Positions 26,324 through 38,690 are shown, counted from the stretch's first letter. The stretch is 64,000 nt of DNA from Octopus sinensis (GCF_006345805.1 NC_043000.1:114204001-114268000), one strand, 5' to 3'. Translations and numbers: made by a program. Notes: generated by a model not told the origin, from the letters alone.

Positions 26324-27599
26324 CACGAACATATGTATGCATGTGTGAATACATATAAATAACAACTAAGTCAACAGAAAACTATGTGAAAAGAAGTAAA
26401 GGCAACATGCGAAAGGTTTGGGTATACATATACCTGGCCAGGATCTTCAATCCCTTGCTTGTGGCCATTATAAGGGCTTCTCTACAATGAAAAGATGAAG
26501 CAATTGGAGACACTCTACGGGGGATCTTGAGCAAGAATCAATAAAGATGAAAGGCTGAACCCTAACCACTCAAAACATTTCTTTTTGGTTACAGACACAC
26601 AGACATTATAAAATGTATATTTTTTTTTTTTTTGGCTTCAAAGCATATAGTTGCATTGTATATTATGATAATAAGGCACAGAGTCCTGGATAAAGCTGAA
26701 ATAGAAAGGCCTGTTTTGCTGAGAGATTCCAGTGCAGAAAGAAAAAAAATGTATGTGTGTGTGCACAAGTGCATACATGTGTGTATGTACGTATGTGTAT
26801 GTTTATATAATATATATATATAATATGTGTGTGTGTGTGTGTGTGTATATATATGATGATGATGATATATATGTGTGTGTGTATATATATATATATAATA
26901 TATATATGGGGAGAATGAGAGACAGAGAGCAGGAATGTGTGTGTGTGTTTACATAAATGAATCTATTGCGTAGTTGTGTGTTTAGGCATGTGAGTTAAAG
27001 CTTGAAAATAAAAACATTGGCAAAATACAAAAAAAAAAAACAATTTGGAAATCATGTCTGGAAAGGTATTTAGATTCATTAACCGCCCCCTCCACCACCA
27101 CCAATTTTGTAGTCTTGTATTTAAGGTATTCGTTTTCAGATGCCAATGCCAACTAAACACTCACCATCCAGTATAAATTTTCAATAAATCGCCAGTTTTA
27201 CCATGACACTAATACACAACACTTTCTTTGAAATTTGAACAATCCCCACCCTTTTTTTTTTTTTTTTTTGCCTTGCCTTGCCATCCCAATTTGAATCCAA
27301 ATTTTACAAGGTCCAACCTTTACCTTGCATTAGTGAAATAGAAAATCAACTACAAGATGTTGAAGAAGAAGAAAGAAAGGGAAAAAAAGTGAAAATTTCC
27401 AATTCCTTCACTGACCCATTAAGAAAAAAAAAATCATATAATAATAGTTTTGAATTTAGACAATAAGGCCAGCAATTTTTGAAGGAAAAGGTTAGTCAAT
27501 TACATAGATTCCAGCACTTGCGTGGTTAGGTGTAAAAGCAAAGTTCAAGTCAGCAGAATATGAACTCAGCATATGAAGAGCAGGAGAAAATACCTCAAG

Positions 27600-27765
27600 G
27601 TATTTTGTCCTGCCATTTTTGCACCCTCAATTTACCCAGGTTCGAAATTTCCCCAAGACACCTGATGAAGGCTGGAGGGTATATCAGCCGAAATGTTGTT
27701 TTAACAACAAACAGGATGAGGACAAATACCCGCCAAATGTAAATAATTCCTCATCTCTTAAATAT
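27600..27765 (+). mobile_element. Penelope-like terminal repeat relic with a hammerhead-like motif
   Basis: ACAC-CTGATGA-A-GGCTG(10)CAGCC-GAAA-TGT-T-GTTT at 27658-27701; homologous inverse copy at about 2360-2490. Confidence 0.55.
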
Positions 27766-27813
27766 AGAACTGTAAGACAAAATGTTGCTAAGTATTTTGT
27801 CCAGAATACTAAC

Positions 27814-27869
<56 letters not shown>

Positions 27870-28729
27870 CCTTTCTACAAGAGGCACAAGGCCTGACATT
27901 TTGCAGGGAGGGGACTAGTCAATTACATCGACCCCAGTGTTTCACTTGCACTTAATTTATTGACCCCAAAAGGATGAAAGCAAAGTCAACCTTGGCGGAA
28001 TTATTATTAATAATAATAATAATAATAATGATGAATTGATATACTATTCATAAAACCTAACTCATAACTAGTGTAGCAGTCTCCTGTCAACATGACAGCT
28101 GTTTTTTAGTTGTTACATTCTTGAAATGGATTTTACTTACACAATACAACATCTCAGCAGTTTTCCACTCCCACCACCATCAACACCACCACCACCATCA
28201 ACACCACCACCACCTGTTAAAATTTATAAATCTAATTTTTTTGACTTTTTTTCTTTTTTTTTGTGAGATTCCAGAAAAATGTCAAAATTATGTAAAAATG
28301 TCTAAAATCTCTAATTTATTTGTTTAAAAACAAAAAAAAAAGTTTCAAAACCCCACCACTACCACCATCCATTTACTAAAATTTCCATTTGAAAATGATT
28401 TTAAAATCAGTTAAAAAAAAAAAGAGAATTATCTCCCTTGAATATTTTTTTTATTTTAGTCTTCTACCCAGCGAAACAAAGCCATACTTCATTCCTTCTA
28501 ATAGCAGAACATAAAAGATATTTGGCCTACCCACATTACAATTCTTTAAGCACACACTGTATCACTAGCTGTACACCAAGGCAGCAAGGAATGTGTGGCG
28601 TTAAGATCATGCACTGCATTTTGTAAAAACTATCAATGTTCCTAGTTAGGAGGTCAGGTGAAGCCACGTTTTCTGCTTCCTGTCAATTAACCACTTTATA
28701 CCCTAAATTGACGGTAAAAACAAAACTAT

Positions 28730-28860
28730 TTTGTGCATATTAGGAAGGGCATCCAGCCAAAACAGTCACTGAGGTCTGGTGCAGGCTTCTATCTGGCCGG
28801 CTCTAGTGAAACCATCCCACCTTCCATGCCAGCATGGAAGGTGGACGTTAAACAATGAAG
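28730..28860 (+). mobile_element. RTE 3'-end copy (short)
   Basis: taggaagggcatccagc...catgccagcatggaaggtggacgttaaac. Confidence 0.7.
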
Positions 28861-29639
28861 ATGGTTATTCGTTTCTATAATGATATTGTAGGATTGGTGT
28901 AAGAGTCTGGATGTGGACAGTTTGAGCATAAAAAGTAGAATATTCAGACCAGATACGACCAGTTTACATATCAAAGAATTAAATATGGCACTATCTCAAT
29001 TCCTTTCCTCTTTTAGATCTGTTTATTCAAAATTGTGTTCTTGTATTACACTTACATTTAACTGGATACAGACACATGAAATATACACCTAATTAAAACA
29101 ATTATCTGAAATAGACAACTTCCAATTAAAATTGTAGCTATGTTTTATAAAATCCTACATTACAGAGTTAATGATTAATTGAAAACTGAGAAAGGTTGAC
29201 GAGTGTTTTCTACAATGAAATTGATCCTCTGTAATTCCAGGGAGTGATGAGGAAGGACCAAATCTAATTAAACAGGGCTACCACTAACCCACACACATCC
29301 ACCTGATTTCAAATGTAAGTTAGATGACTTCATTAATATATTTAGGGAATGTGGAGGTGGAGGTATTACTCATACACTTTTCTTTCTTTTTGGATCAAAA
29401 AATTTTAATTAACCATTTCCATCCCAATGCTATTTGCTTAAAAATTCTTACTGTCGACAAAGAAAACACAACATATGCAAGAAATAGCAGTGAAATCTTT
29501 TTCAAATCATACCATACAGCTTGAATAAAGAGGAAGGACGCTTTAAATTTGAAGACTTTACTGTAGCCAGAGTGAAGCAAGATAACAGGAGGGAGGTTCA
29601 ATACATTAAAGGTGCTTTTTTTTTCTATGAAAATCCCTA

Positions 29640-29808
29640 TTTTTTACAATTTTGTGACTGCTGTGTTGCCATTTTTCGGTGTATTTCAACCTGAAAAATG
29701 TTCACTTAAAGAGAATAACAAGCTACATAATGCATAATTTTTACTTTTTGAAAATTCCAATTCTAAAGGGTCGAAACAAACCCGAGCAACGCCAGGCAAT
29801 ACTGCTAG
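29640..29808 (+). mobile_element. Helitron 3' terminus
   Basis: GC-rich hairpin cccgagcaacgccagg (29781-29796) followed by CTAG|T at 29805-29809. The 5' boundary was not determined. Confidence 0.65.
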
Positions 29809-30753
29809 TATACAATAAAGGTAAGTTTATACTAATCCTGTCACAGATACTAAACTGTGTTTATCTAAAATGCTGAACAAACTGTGGAGGTAAACAATTC
29901 CTATGTAACCGTTAATCTCAGAGGTATTCCAATAGCAATGACATAGCACCACAAATTCCACAGGAACTGGTTTTATTCGTTCGTACCTGCCAGAACCATC
30001 TTTACGACTTATTAAAATTGAAACTGTTTATATTTCAGATTTATTCTAACCACAACGAAAATATGTCTTCGTTACATTTCAGACTTCACGATGGCGTTTC
30101 CCTGTGAAGTTACAGCAAATCCACACAGTTTAGTTTGGCAAACTTGGAATATTTATATTTAGTTTATTTTCTAAAGAATGTGCAACTATTTTGAATATTT
30201 TGCTCATTTCAGCAGGAGTAAAAACAAAATGAAGACAAACCAACAATGTGGTCGTTCAACATGCTAGTAATCATAGCCAAATCTTGCTCAAATCACAACC
30301 TAATGCCTTCAAAAATGAAAGAAGTATGTTGGATAATATAGTTTTAGATATTCCTAAAACAGATGGAATGGTCATGACTGGAACATCTGCTCCGTTATTT
30401 CTGTTGAGATATTGTGTTTCTTTCAATAAATTTTAAACATAACAAGGAATTTAGTAAAATACCTTAGTTAACATTAAGCTGGTCTTATGACTAAGGTTTG
30501 GTGGAAGATTTTAATTCAAAACTTATGAAAGCAAGGCATTTGTACTACAGAGCCAGAGGCGGTCTCAGCCAGGTTAGTATTGAAAGGGTTAAATTGACTG
30601 GCATCTATTTTCTCAATTTCTGAAGGTGACAAAGGCAAAGTTGAAGTCGGCAGAATTTGAACTCAGAAATGCAAAGACCCAAGAACAATTATCACAAAGC
30701 ATTTTATTGGATGCTCTAACAATTCTGCTAATCCATTGACCTGATCAGGCGGT

Positions 30754-30784
<31 letters not shown>

Positions 30785-31000
30785 CCTTTCTACTAAAGGC
30801 ACAAAGCCTGGAATTTTTGGCAGGAAGGGACTAGTCAATTACATCAATTTGAGTGTTTCACAGGTAATTTAATTTATCGACCCCGAAAGGATGAAAGGCA
30901 AAATCGACCTTGGTGGAATTTGAACACAGAACATAAAGACAAACAAAATATCACAAACCATTTTTACCCAATGTGCTAATGATTCTGCCAGCTCACCACC
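30785..31000 (-). mobile_element. SINE family B
   Basis: Reverse-complement copy; another partial copy lies at 27870-28000. Confidence 0.7.
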
Positions 31001-31074
31001 TCAATAATAATAATAATAATAATGATGATAATAATAATGGTGGTGGTGATGATGATGTGGCTGTGTCTGTTGAT

Positions 31075-31374
31075 ATGGATGGATGCAGCAGTTAAAGAAG
31101 TGGAAAAAATAGAAAAAATACTAAGACTTAGCAAGGGAAATGAAAAAAACTGGAGGGCTTCTGCAAAAGTAACCCCAATTACTAGCACTCTGGGCACCCC
31201 AACAGCCCTGGTAGTTTCCTTAATGAGATCAGAGCAACTACAAAAATTGCATTAATGAAGAAATCTGTTCCATCAAGAACAGCAAATATTGTCTGAAAGA
31301 TCCTCAATATCTTAGTAAATTGTGACCCAATATTGATGACATTATTTCCAAAATGTAACACATTTGTGCATACC

Positions 31375-31406
<32 letters not shown>

Positions 31407-31420
31407 TAATAATAATAATT
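31075..31420 (+). mobile_element. 3' fragment of an RLE-type non-LTR retrotransposon (R4/Dong-like)
   Basis: Broken translation KEVEKIEK...KVTPITSTLGTP...EQLQK(IALM)..TANIV.KILNI* resembles the recalled KE.EK.EKY..L...V.PIVIGALG...LQK.AL.GTA.ILRKVL motif; (AAT)n lies on both sides. Confidence 0.65.
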
Positions 31421-31588
31421 TTAATAAAACTGTAAAAAAGTTGAATAAAAAAATAATAATTCCATGTTCCACCCAGATAAGCAAAAGCAAAGAATTTGGA
31501 GCAAGCAGTAAAAGGAAGTTAATAAAATTTAGTTTGAATTGGTGAAGAGTAGCAGCAAATGGTTTGAAGAATGTGAGAATATTGAAGG

Positions 31589-31632
<44 letters not shown>

Positions 31633-31867
31633 GTTGCAGGGAGAAGTTTGAAGCAGTTAGTTTGTGTATGTCGGGAAAGAGAGAGGTAACATTATCATCA
31701 AAAATATAGCCGTGACGGTGAGTTTGTCTATGAAAATAGCTGCTTGACCTGAGCTAAAAGTCAGAAATAATATTACAATTTCATGTGATTTTCAAGAAAA
31801 TAATATTTGATACTTTGCTTTTGGATTTGGCTTGCAAGATTTTTTATATGAGTTCGTGTGTTGAAGC

Positions 31868-32270
31868 ATATTCTGTTGTGTCTGGGGAGAGTCATTCTCT
31901 TTTGGTACCTTATAATGTAACATACACACTGGTAAAATTTCCACTTTTTTCTTATTTTTATTTTCCTAAAATTTCCACGTTTTTCTTATTTCTATTGTCC
32001 TAAAATTTCCACGTTTTTCTTATTTTTATTGTCCTAAAATTTCTTATTTTTATTTTCCTAAAATTTTCATTGCATCTTGCAATCTTTTCAATAGTTTTGA
32101 CTCTCTTGATGTTCAAAACTATTGAGAGTCAAAACTATTGAAAAGGTTGCAAGACACAACGAAAAGTTTAGGACAATAAAAATAAGAAAAAAAGTGGAAA
32201 TCTTACCGGTGAGTGTGTTACATTATAAGGCACAAAAAGAAAATTACTCTTCTCAGACACAACAGAATAT
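31868..32270. repeat. Foldback element with an internal tandem expansion in the left arm
   Basis: Arms meet at 32105/32124; a ~35-bp unit tttccac..ttcttatttttatt.tcctaaaa is repeated 3-4 times on the left and once on the right. Confidence 0.9.
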
Positions 32271-33797
32271 TTGATACTATCAACAGCAATTTGAGGTAAG
32301 AAAGATCAGTAAGTCCCCTGACTAGATTAGGGGCCACATTGTCATCCAGCAAATGACAAACATGTAGCTGGATGACCATCAGTGGCCATTTCTAATACTT
32401 TTTGGCCTTAAGTTGTTTATGGAATCTGATATCATTGCTGTAAATAATGTGATTTCTAGCAGAGACATAAAAGTCTCAGAAAATAAACAAGGCAATATGA
32501 ATGAAACAAAGCAACTGAGACTTTGAATATTTTAAGGAATTACATGACTGACATTGTTCTAAAGCTAGTTTACGAATAACAGCAGAATACTAGCTGATGG
32601 ACTGAATCCATATTGAGGGCAGGGCCCCCCAAATTTATTATAAAGTTCATATTGAGCAGGACTTTGAGTCTCACCTAACAGCTTACTCCACCAGACTGGT
32701 TGGAAAAGCTGTTAGGTAAAACGTCCCAATCAATAAAAAGTCCCAATCAACATGAACCTTGCAATGAAACTCGTAGTGTCTAACAAGGATCTTGATCAAA
32801 GGGGGTTTTCACCTACTCTCTTTTTAAAACTTCTTCACTTCAGAATGAAAGGAATTACAAATAATTGCATAACCAGCTTAATATGCTGTCATCTGAAACA
32901 TATACAGGTTATATTCCAACAGCTACAGCTAAAGCCTTTAATATTCGCAGGCTTAATACATTTGGTTTTAAATAGATACCATGAGTAGGTATACTTATAG
33001 ATACATGCAATAGAAACCATGTATATTTGCCAAGTATTGCATTTGTTACTTTGCAAGTGTCATGATCAAGTCTTCTTATGAACAGTGGAGAAACAGTTTA
33101 AGGAGTAAGCCTTTCCAAAATTCATTAAAAGTTGGTATTTAATCCTGTGCCAGATCTCGTTAAGCAAACCTATATTCTATATTTGTCAATCAATGTACTG
33201 AAGACCATATCACATAATATGCACTTTCTATTTTTTTTTTAGGATGGTACAACACGATTTGTGGGAGACTTAGCTGTTATTTCTTATAGGCCAAGCAACC
33301 ACATACAAACTAACAAATTGGTTTGCCTTCAACCCAACTGTAAAATAGTTGAAGAAATAAAAATGTAGAACTTAAGATATCGATAATAGACACCAGACTA
33401 ATGTCTTTCTGACCCTAAACTATGATTGCCAGATATCTCATAAACACTAAAAGAGTGAAATATATCTTAGTTACTTCAGAGTTAGAAGGTGGTGGTCATT
33501 TAAAGTGGGTCAATACTTTCCTTCACAGAACAGTATTGTGTTTTACTAAACAAGCCGCAACTGAAATTATTTACCCACACAAACAGTAGGAAAAAAACAG
33601 TACCTCTGAATAAAAGATTTATTAGGATGATTCTCCATTTCAGTATGTGATAAACTCCACCACATAACACCATCATGGACAGGCTAAAGTGGGGAAGAAC
33701 TTCTAGACAACTGTTTTGCCTAATAATTTCTTAATCAGATGAGCCATTCTATTGTCACTCTCTCCCTATGCATGGCCATATATATATATATATATAA

Positions 33798-33956
33798 TTT
33801 ATTTAAAAGCAGCAGAAATATAACAAAAGCTGTTACTCAGGGCTTCATGTTCCCGTTTGTTGGACAGTTTTGTTGAAATAGAACAAAACTGTCTGACGAA
33901 CGGGAACATGAAACTGAGTAACAGCTTTTGTTATATTTCTGCTGCTTTTAAATAAA
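33798..33956. repeat. Long inverted repeat (77/75-bp arms, 7-nt loop)
   Basis: Arms 33798-33874 and 33882-33956; the outer 43 bp are perfectly complementary. Confidence 0.95.
33882..33932 (+). ncRNA. Minimal type-I hammerhead ribozyme-like motif
   Basis: Stem I AACAAAA-CTGT / ACAG-c-TTTTGTT, core CTGACGA, stem II ACG-GGAA-CAT (one mismatch), GAAAC-TGA-GT-A. Activity is untested. Confidence 0.45.
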
Positions 33957-34027
33957 GCATATTACTCTACCTCTGGTATTTGAGTACTCTTTTTCCCCAC
34001 CTTGTTTCACATTTATGTGTTTACTCC

Positions 34028-34078
<51 letters not shown>

Positions 34079-35559
34079 AATAAATTAAATAGAGAGATAC
34101 AAATGACAATCCAATAACTCATTTAAATTATAATATAAAATAATATACTATGAATATAATATAACATACATAATTATTAAAAAACCTAAAAAAGCCAACA
34201 ATTTGTTTCGACTTACATAAATTACTGGATTGTCGATTGTATCGCTCTAATTTAATTTATTGTTTGTAATTTGAATTATACCCCTACTTATGTGGGTACC
34301 AGTGAATTGGATATTTTACACACCCCTTTGAAGGGAATTTTTTTTCTTAGTTTGTTACTTTTATATATATATATATACACATACATATAGATATATACAT
34401 ACATATATATACATGTTTATACACACACAAAGATAATGACCACATTATCTGATGTACTTTGCCTTTCTTTCTTTCGGTTAGGTGTGATCTGCTATTTCTT
34501 GCAAACTGAGAAACCATTTAGAGACTTCCTCACAATAAGCGAAGTTGGTTTGTTTATAATAATGGTGTTTGAGAAAGCTGAAAGATGAGATGTGACAGCG
34601 TCCATGAAGACGACCATCCAACATGACAAACATAATCTAGACTCAAACAACCATCTCCACACTAAATACAATACACCCAGTTTTTTTTTTAACCATTCCT
34701 GCTACACTTATAGCAGCAATAATACCAACATTATTTCATAACATATTGTGGTGTTGACGAACTCCTGAAGACTACAGAAAGATCTGAAATCTAAGAAAGA
34801 GTAAGAGTCTGTCTAAGTAGAAAGTGAATAAGTTAGATTGACATGAAGAACACAAGCCTATTTCAGAGTCTGGCCCTCAAACAGGGGGCAAAGGAAAACA
34901 AAGATATTGTTGGTCTGGTTGTCTATCTAATAGTAAGTCTATCCATTCAATGCCCGAACCCAGGCCAACAAATTCCTTCTATTCCTCAGTGAAGGACAAA
35001 GCCTTGAAAGATTAGAGTTTATACAGCTCACATCAATTAAACTTGTTTTTCTACAAACTCCCCCTACACAGAGTACTTTGGAAGTACGAAGTATCTTCAA
35101 ACTCCTAGCATTAGATTATGAATTAATAAGTTAGAACCAAATAGAAATACTTGTAAGTTAATTAATTGTAATTTAAAATTAAAAGTTATTTCATGACAAG
35201 TCAAAATAATTATTCATTTAAATTAATATCAAATTAGTTATCATACTAACGTAATTCATTTATAACCTACAGTCACAGTAATACTAGTACACTGTAGAAA
35301 TACATTATTTATCTGGTGGGGAGAGGTGGAGGTTTTAGTTTCACATCGGAAATGTGTAACATTATGTAGCTCCAGTCAGCTGTGATTGCACAAAAAACAG
35401 CTGATTGAGGGACTGGATGTAATCCAGCGGTATTCACAGCACATAGCTAATTGAATAATTACATGTGTTTCGGATAACCAAAGAGCTCCAGGATATCTAG
35501 GGGCTGCAGATATCCTGTACCCTCGTTTAAATTAGGACCACATTGTTCTCACAGAAATG

Positions 35560-36430
35560 CAGTGACTGATATGGGGCCAATGTGACAACATGGCATTTTA
35601 TACTTTCTCCACTGTTCAGACTCAGGCTTCATGCCTCTCACAGCAGACCAGCCAAGGTAGACTTGCTCACAATAGGACAATTGCTGTTGCTCTACAATTA
35701 TTATGTATAGTGTTTGGGTCTAAAGAAGCTGTTGATGCAACTTATATTTTCTACAAGGTGTTCAAAAAGTCTCTCCACAGTAAGTATTTCATTGCAAAAT
35801 AGATATTTATAAGATCGTATAAGACTACAAAAGAATATATTAGACTTTACAAGACTTTAAAAAAACTTTATATGAGGTGTTGAAAGTGTCGTTCTTCATA
35901 TTCAATGCAAAAGTTGACTCTTCTACAAATGTTTTGAAATAAATCTTGGAGAGTCTAACATGGTATGGACCGTGTGAAGGTTATGACTATGGAGAGACTT
36001 TCTGAACACTCTGCATATGTTTTTATACGTGTCTGAACTGATTGACAGAGATGGTGATTTAAACTGATGTTGCAGTAGTGTTCTGAGATGATGTCGTAGA
36101 TGTATTTGGACTGAATGGGAGACTGGTGTCACAGAATGGCACCATAATGGCATTTTGGGATGTCAGAGAGTGTCTGTTTATACATATAGGGGCGAGGTGC
36201 TGGATCAGAGTTTGCTGCAACAGTAAACTTTGCACTTTGCACTTCTAAGAATTTTCATTTGTGCACATGGTCTGCAACTGAGGATGTACGCCATCTGTGA
36301 TGAAGCCATTTGTGCTAGTTTATCCTGTTTGTAGTTGGTTGCAAATTTATTGAAGAACTATTGGTGGATACCCAGGTATGGCACTGGCATAATCAATGAT
36401 GAATATAATATACCTTGTGGTTGTTGGTGA
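35560..36430 (-). mobile_element. Highly decayed LINE fragment (RT C-terminus/RNase H-like), interrupted by the mariner-like MITE
   Basis: Broken frames give IIDYAS, YILSC and RG.E-like motifs reminiscent of I-clade LINEs; there are many stops and frameshifts. Confidence 0.3.
35754..36013. mobile_element. Tc1/mariner-like MITE
   Basis: TA|CAAGGTGTTCAAAAAGTCTCTCCACAGT ... ACTATGGAGAGACTTTCTGAACACTCTG|CA: ~28-bp imperfect TIRs with TA on the left and a probable TA-to-CA change on the right. Confidence 0.6.
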
Positions 36431-36797
36431 AGGTTATGTTAGTTTGAATGTGAGATCATATAAAGATGAAGCAGCAGAGAGGAAGTTAAAGCTGCTTTCT
36501 TTATTAAATCAGTTACAGATTAATTAATGAACAACCTTGTCAAGTAATTAAACGTTTCTGTTGAATGAGAAATCAGTAGTTGAAATGTTAAAGGAACTTT
36601 TTTAACACATAGTTGAATTAGTTAATGAGGTGGGAGGTATTTAAGAATGAAAATCTGAATTAAGAGTGAAGATAAATGAAAATTGAAGAAAATCTTGGAA
36701 AAAAAATTTTGGAAAACTAAATGGATGTTATGTGTGGAAAGTTTGAAGTTTCTGTTAGAAGAAAAAATTATTAGTTAAGCAGTGTAACTTTACTGAC

Positions 36798-36986
36798 CCT
36801 TGTGAATGTATCCTCCATGTTTATTAGAGAAGATGTCTTGGGCTCAGAGTTGACTGCAGCCTCTTTAGGGATCTCACGTGGGGGTTCTTTTGGCTGCAGC
36901 TCCTCATCTCTGCCCTGGCGTTGTTCTTTAGCAGCCTCGGCAGCTTTTAAAGCCAAGCAGTTAGCTTCATCCAAGTCATTTACCAC
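36798..36986 (-). CDS. LRCH: LRCH-family exon (VVNDLDEANCLALKAAEAAKEQRQGRDEEL...INMEDTFTR)
   Basis: Acceptor ccctcctacag| after a long pyrimidine tract and donor |GTCAGT; 189 nt, phase 0/0. LALKAAEAAKEQR resembles recalled LRCH LPLRVAEITKEQR. Confidence 0.85.
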
Positions 36987-37796
36987 CTGTAGGAGGGCCG
37001 GGAAAAAGAGGGCACAATACAATGAAAGTTGAGGAAAAAATAGTGGTGGAGGGGAAAAAGAAGGGGCAACAAAACAGAAAAGAAGGAAGAGTAAAAAAAG
37101 GGATAACAGAATGTGGAGAGAGTTATTATAAACATGCAAACAATTCAATATAATCAAGTGTTAATGGTAGGTCAGTATTATAATGGCTGCAAAACAGAAT
37201 GTTTGAATTCTCTGAGAGAGAGGGGAGAAAAAGGTAATAAAACATGCAGATATTATGGGTCATGCATCGGATGACAGACAGACAGACAGAGAGAGATTAG
37301 AAAGACAGGATCAGAACTCCTGACATGCTACAATCCTGTTTTTGATAGAATTCAAGTAGTTTTCACATGCAAGCTTTTAATGTTTAACTCCAATGTGCTC
37401 TGCTCCACAATGTCTTTGAAACTAAACAACTGTATCATGCTGGCACTAGGGGACAGGTGACAGGGACACCAAATGTGAGGCCGAAAATCCAGCCCCTTCT
37501 GTGCAAACGTGGCTGCAGAAAACGGCTTAAAATAATTCAACAAGAAAAAGGATTCAAGAATAAAAAAAAAAATCATAGAAATTACTATTGAGGGTTAAAC
37601 TTTACAATGTGCATGTATGCATGTGCATGCACGTGCACACACACATATTCACAGCTATGAATATACTGTATTTACAAATATTTCTACTCAATGAAAAATA
37701 AATTTACACCTGAAACAAAGACACTTCAGAAGAGCAAAATCAACTGTTCGCATTCAGTTCAAATTTGTAACACTTTAATATATATAAATATAACAA

Positions 37797-37956
37797 CTAC
37801 ACTCTCGGAGTGGTTGGCGTTAGGAAGGGCATCCAGCTGTAGAAACTCTGACAGATCAAGATTGAAGCCTGGTGCAGCCATCTGGTTCGCCAGTCCTCAG
37901 TCAAAATCATCCAACCCATGCTAGCATGGAAAGCAGACGTTAAACGATGATGATGA
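37797..37956 (+). mobile_element. RTE 3'-end copy
   Basis: actctcggagtggttggcgttaggaagggcatcc...gatgatgatgat. Confidence 0.8.
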
Positions 37957-38334
37957 TATCTTTTATCGGTTTCAGTCATTGGATAGTGGCCATGCTGTGA
38001 TACTGTCTTGAAGAATTTTAGTTGAACAAATCAATCCCAGTATTTATTTAGGTTTTTTTTTGTATTTCTTTTTTAGCAAATTCTGGCCCTTATTCTATCA
38101 GGCACTTTTGCCAAACCACTAAGCTATGGAGATGTAAATACACTACCACCAGTTGTCAAATGGTGGTGTAGGACAAACATACATGAAAACAATATAATAA
38201 AATACAAGTACTAACATTGATTTAATTAACTGCTCCTTTTCTATCCCCAAATTGCTGACCTGGTTTCTAAACCTGAAGCAATTATCATCATCATCATCTT
38301 TTTCAATATTCTTCTTATTCTTTTTTTTTTTGTT

Positions 38335-38690
38335 TTAGTCATTTGACTGCGGCTAAGTTGGAGTATTGCCTTTAGTCGAAGAAATCAACCCCAGGACTTA
38401 TTCTTTGTAAGCCTAGTATTTACCCTATCAGTCTCTTTTGCCAAACTGCTAAGTTACAGGGATTTAAACACACCAACATTGGTTGTCAAATGATGGTGAG
38501 GGGGGACACACAAACACACATATATATATATATACGCTGGGCTTCTTTCAGTTTCCATCTACCAAATCCACTCACAAGGCTTTGGTTGGCCTGAGGCTTT
38601 AGTAGAAGACATTTGCCCAAAATGCCATGCAGTGGGACTGAACTCAGAACTATGTGGCTGGGAAGCAAGCTACTTACCACACAGCCATGC
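38335..38690 (-). mobile_element. SINE family A
   Basis: Reverse-complement copy. Confidence 0.8.

Noticed and set aside
32673-32717. 12-bp stem hairpin acctaacagctt/aagctgttaggt as a pre-miRNA
   Set aside because: At 45 nt it is too short for a canonical precursor, and there is no expression evidence.
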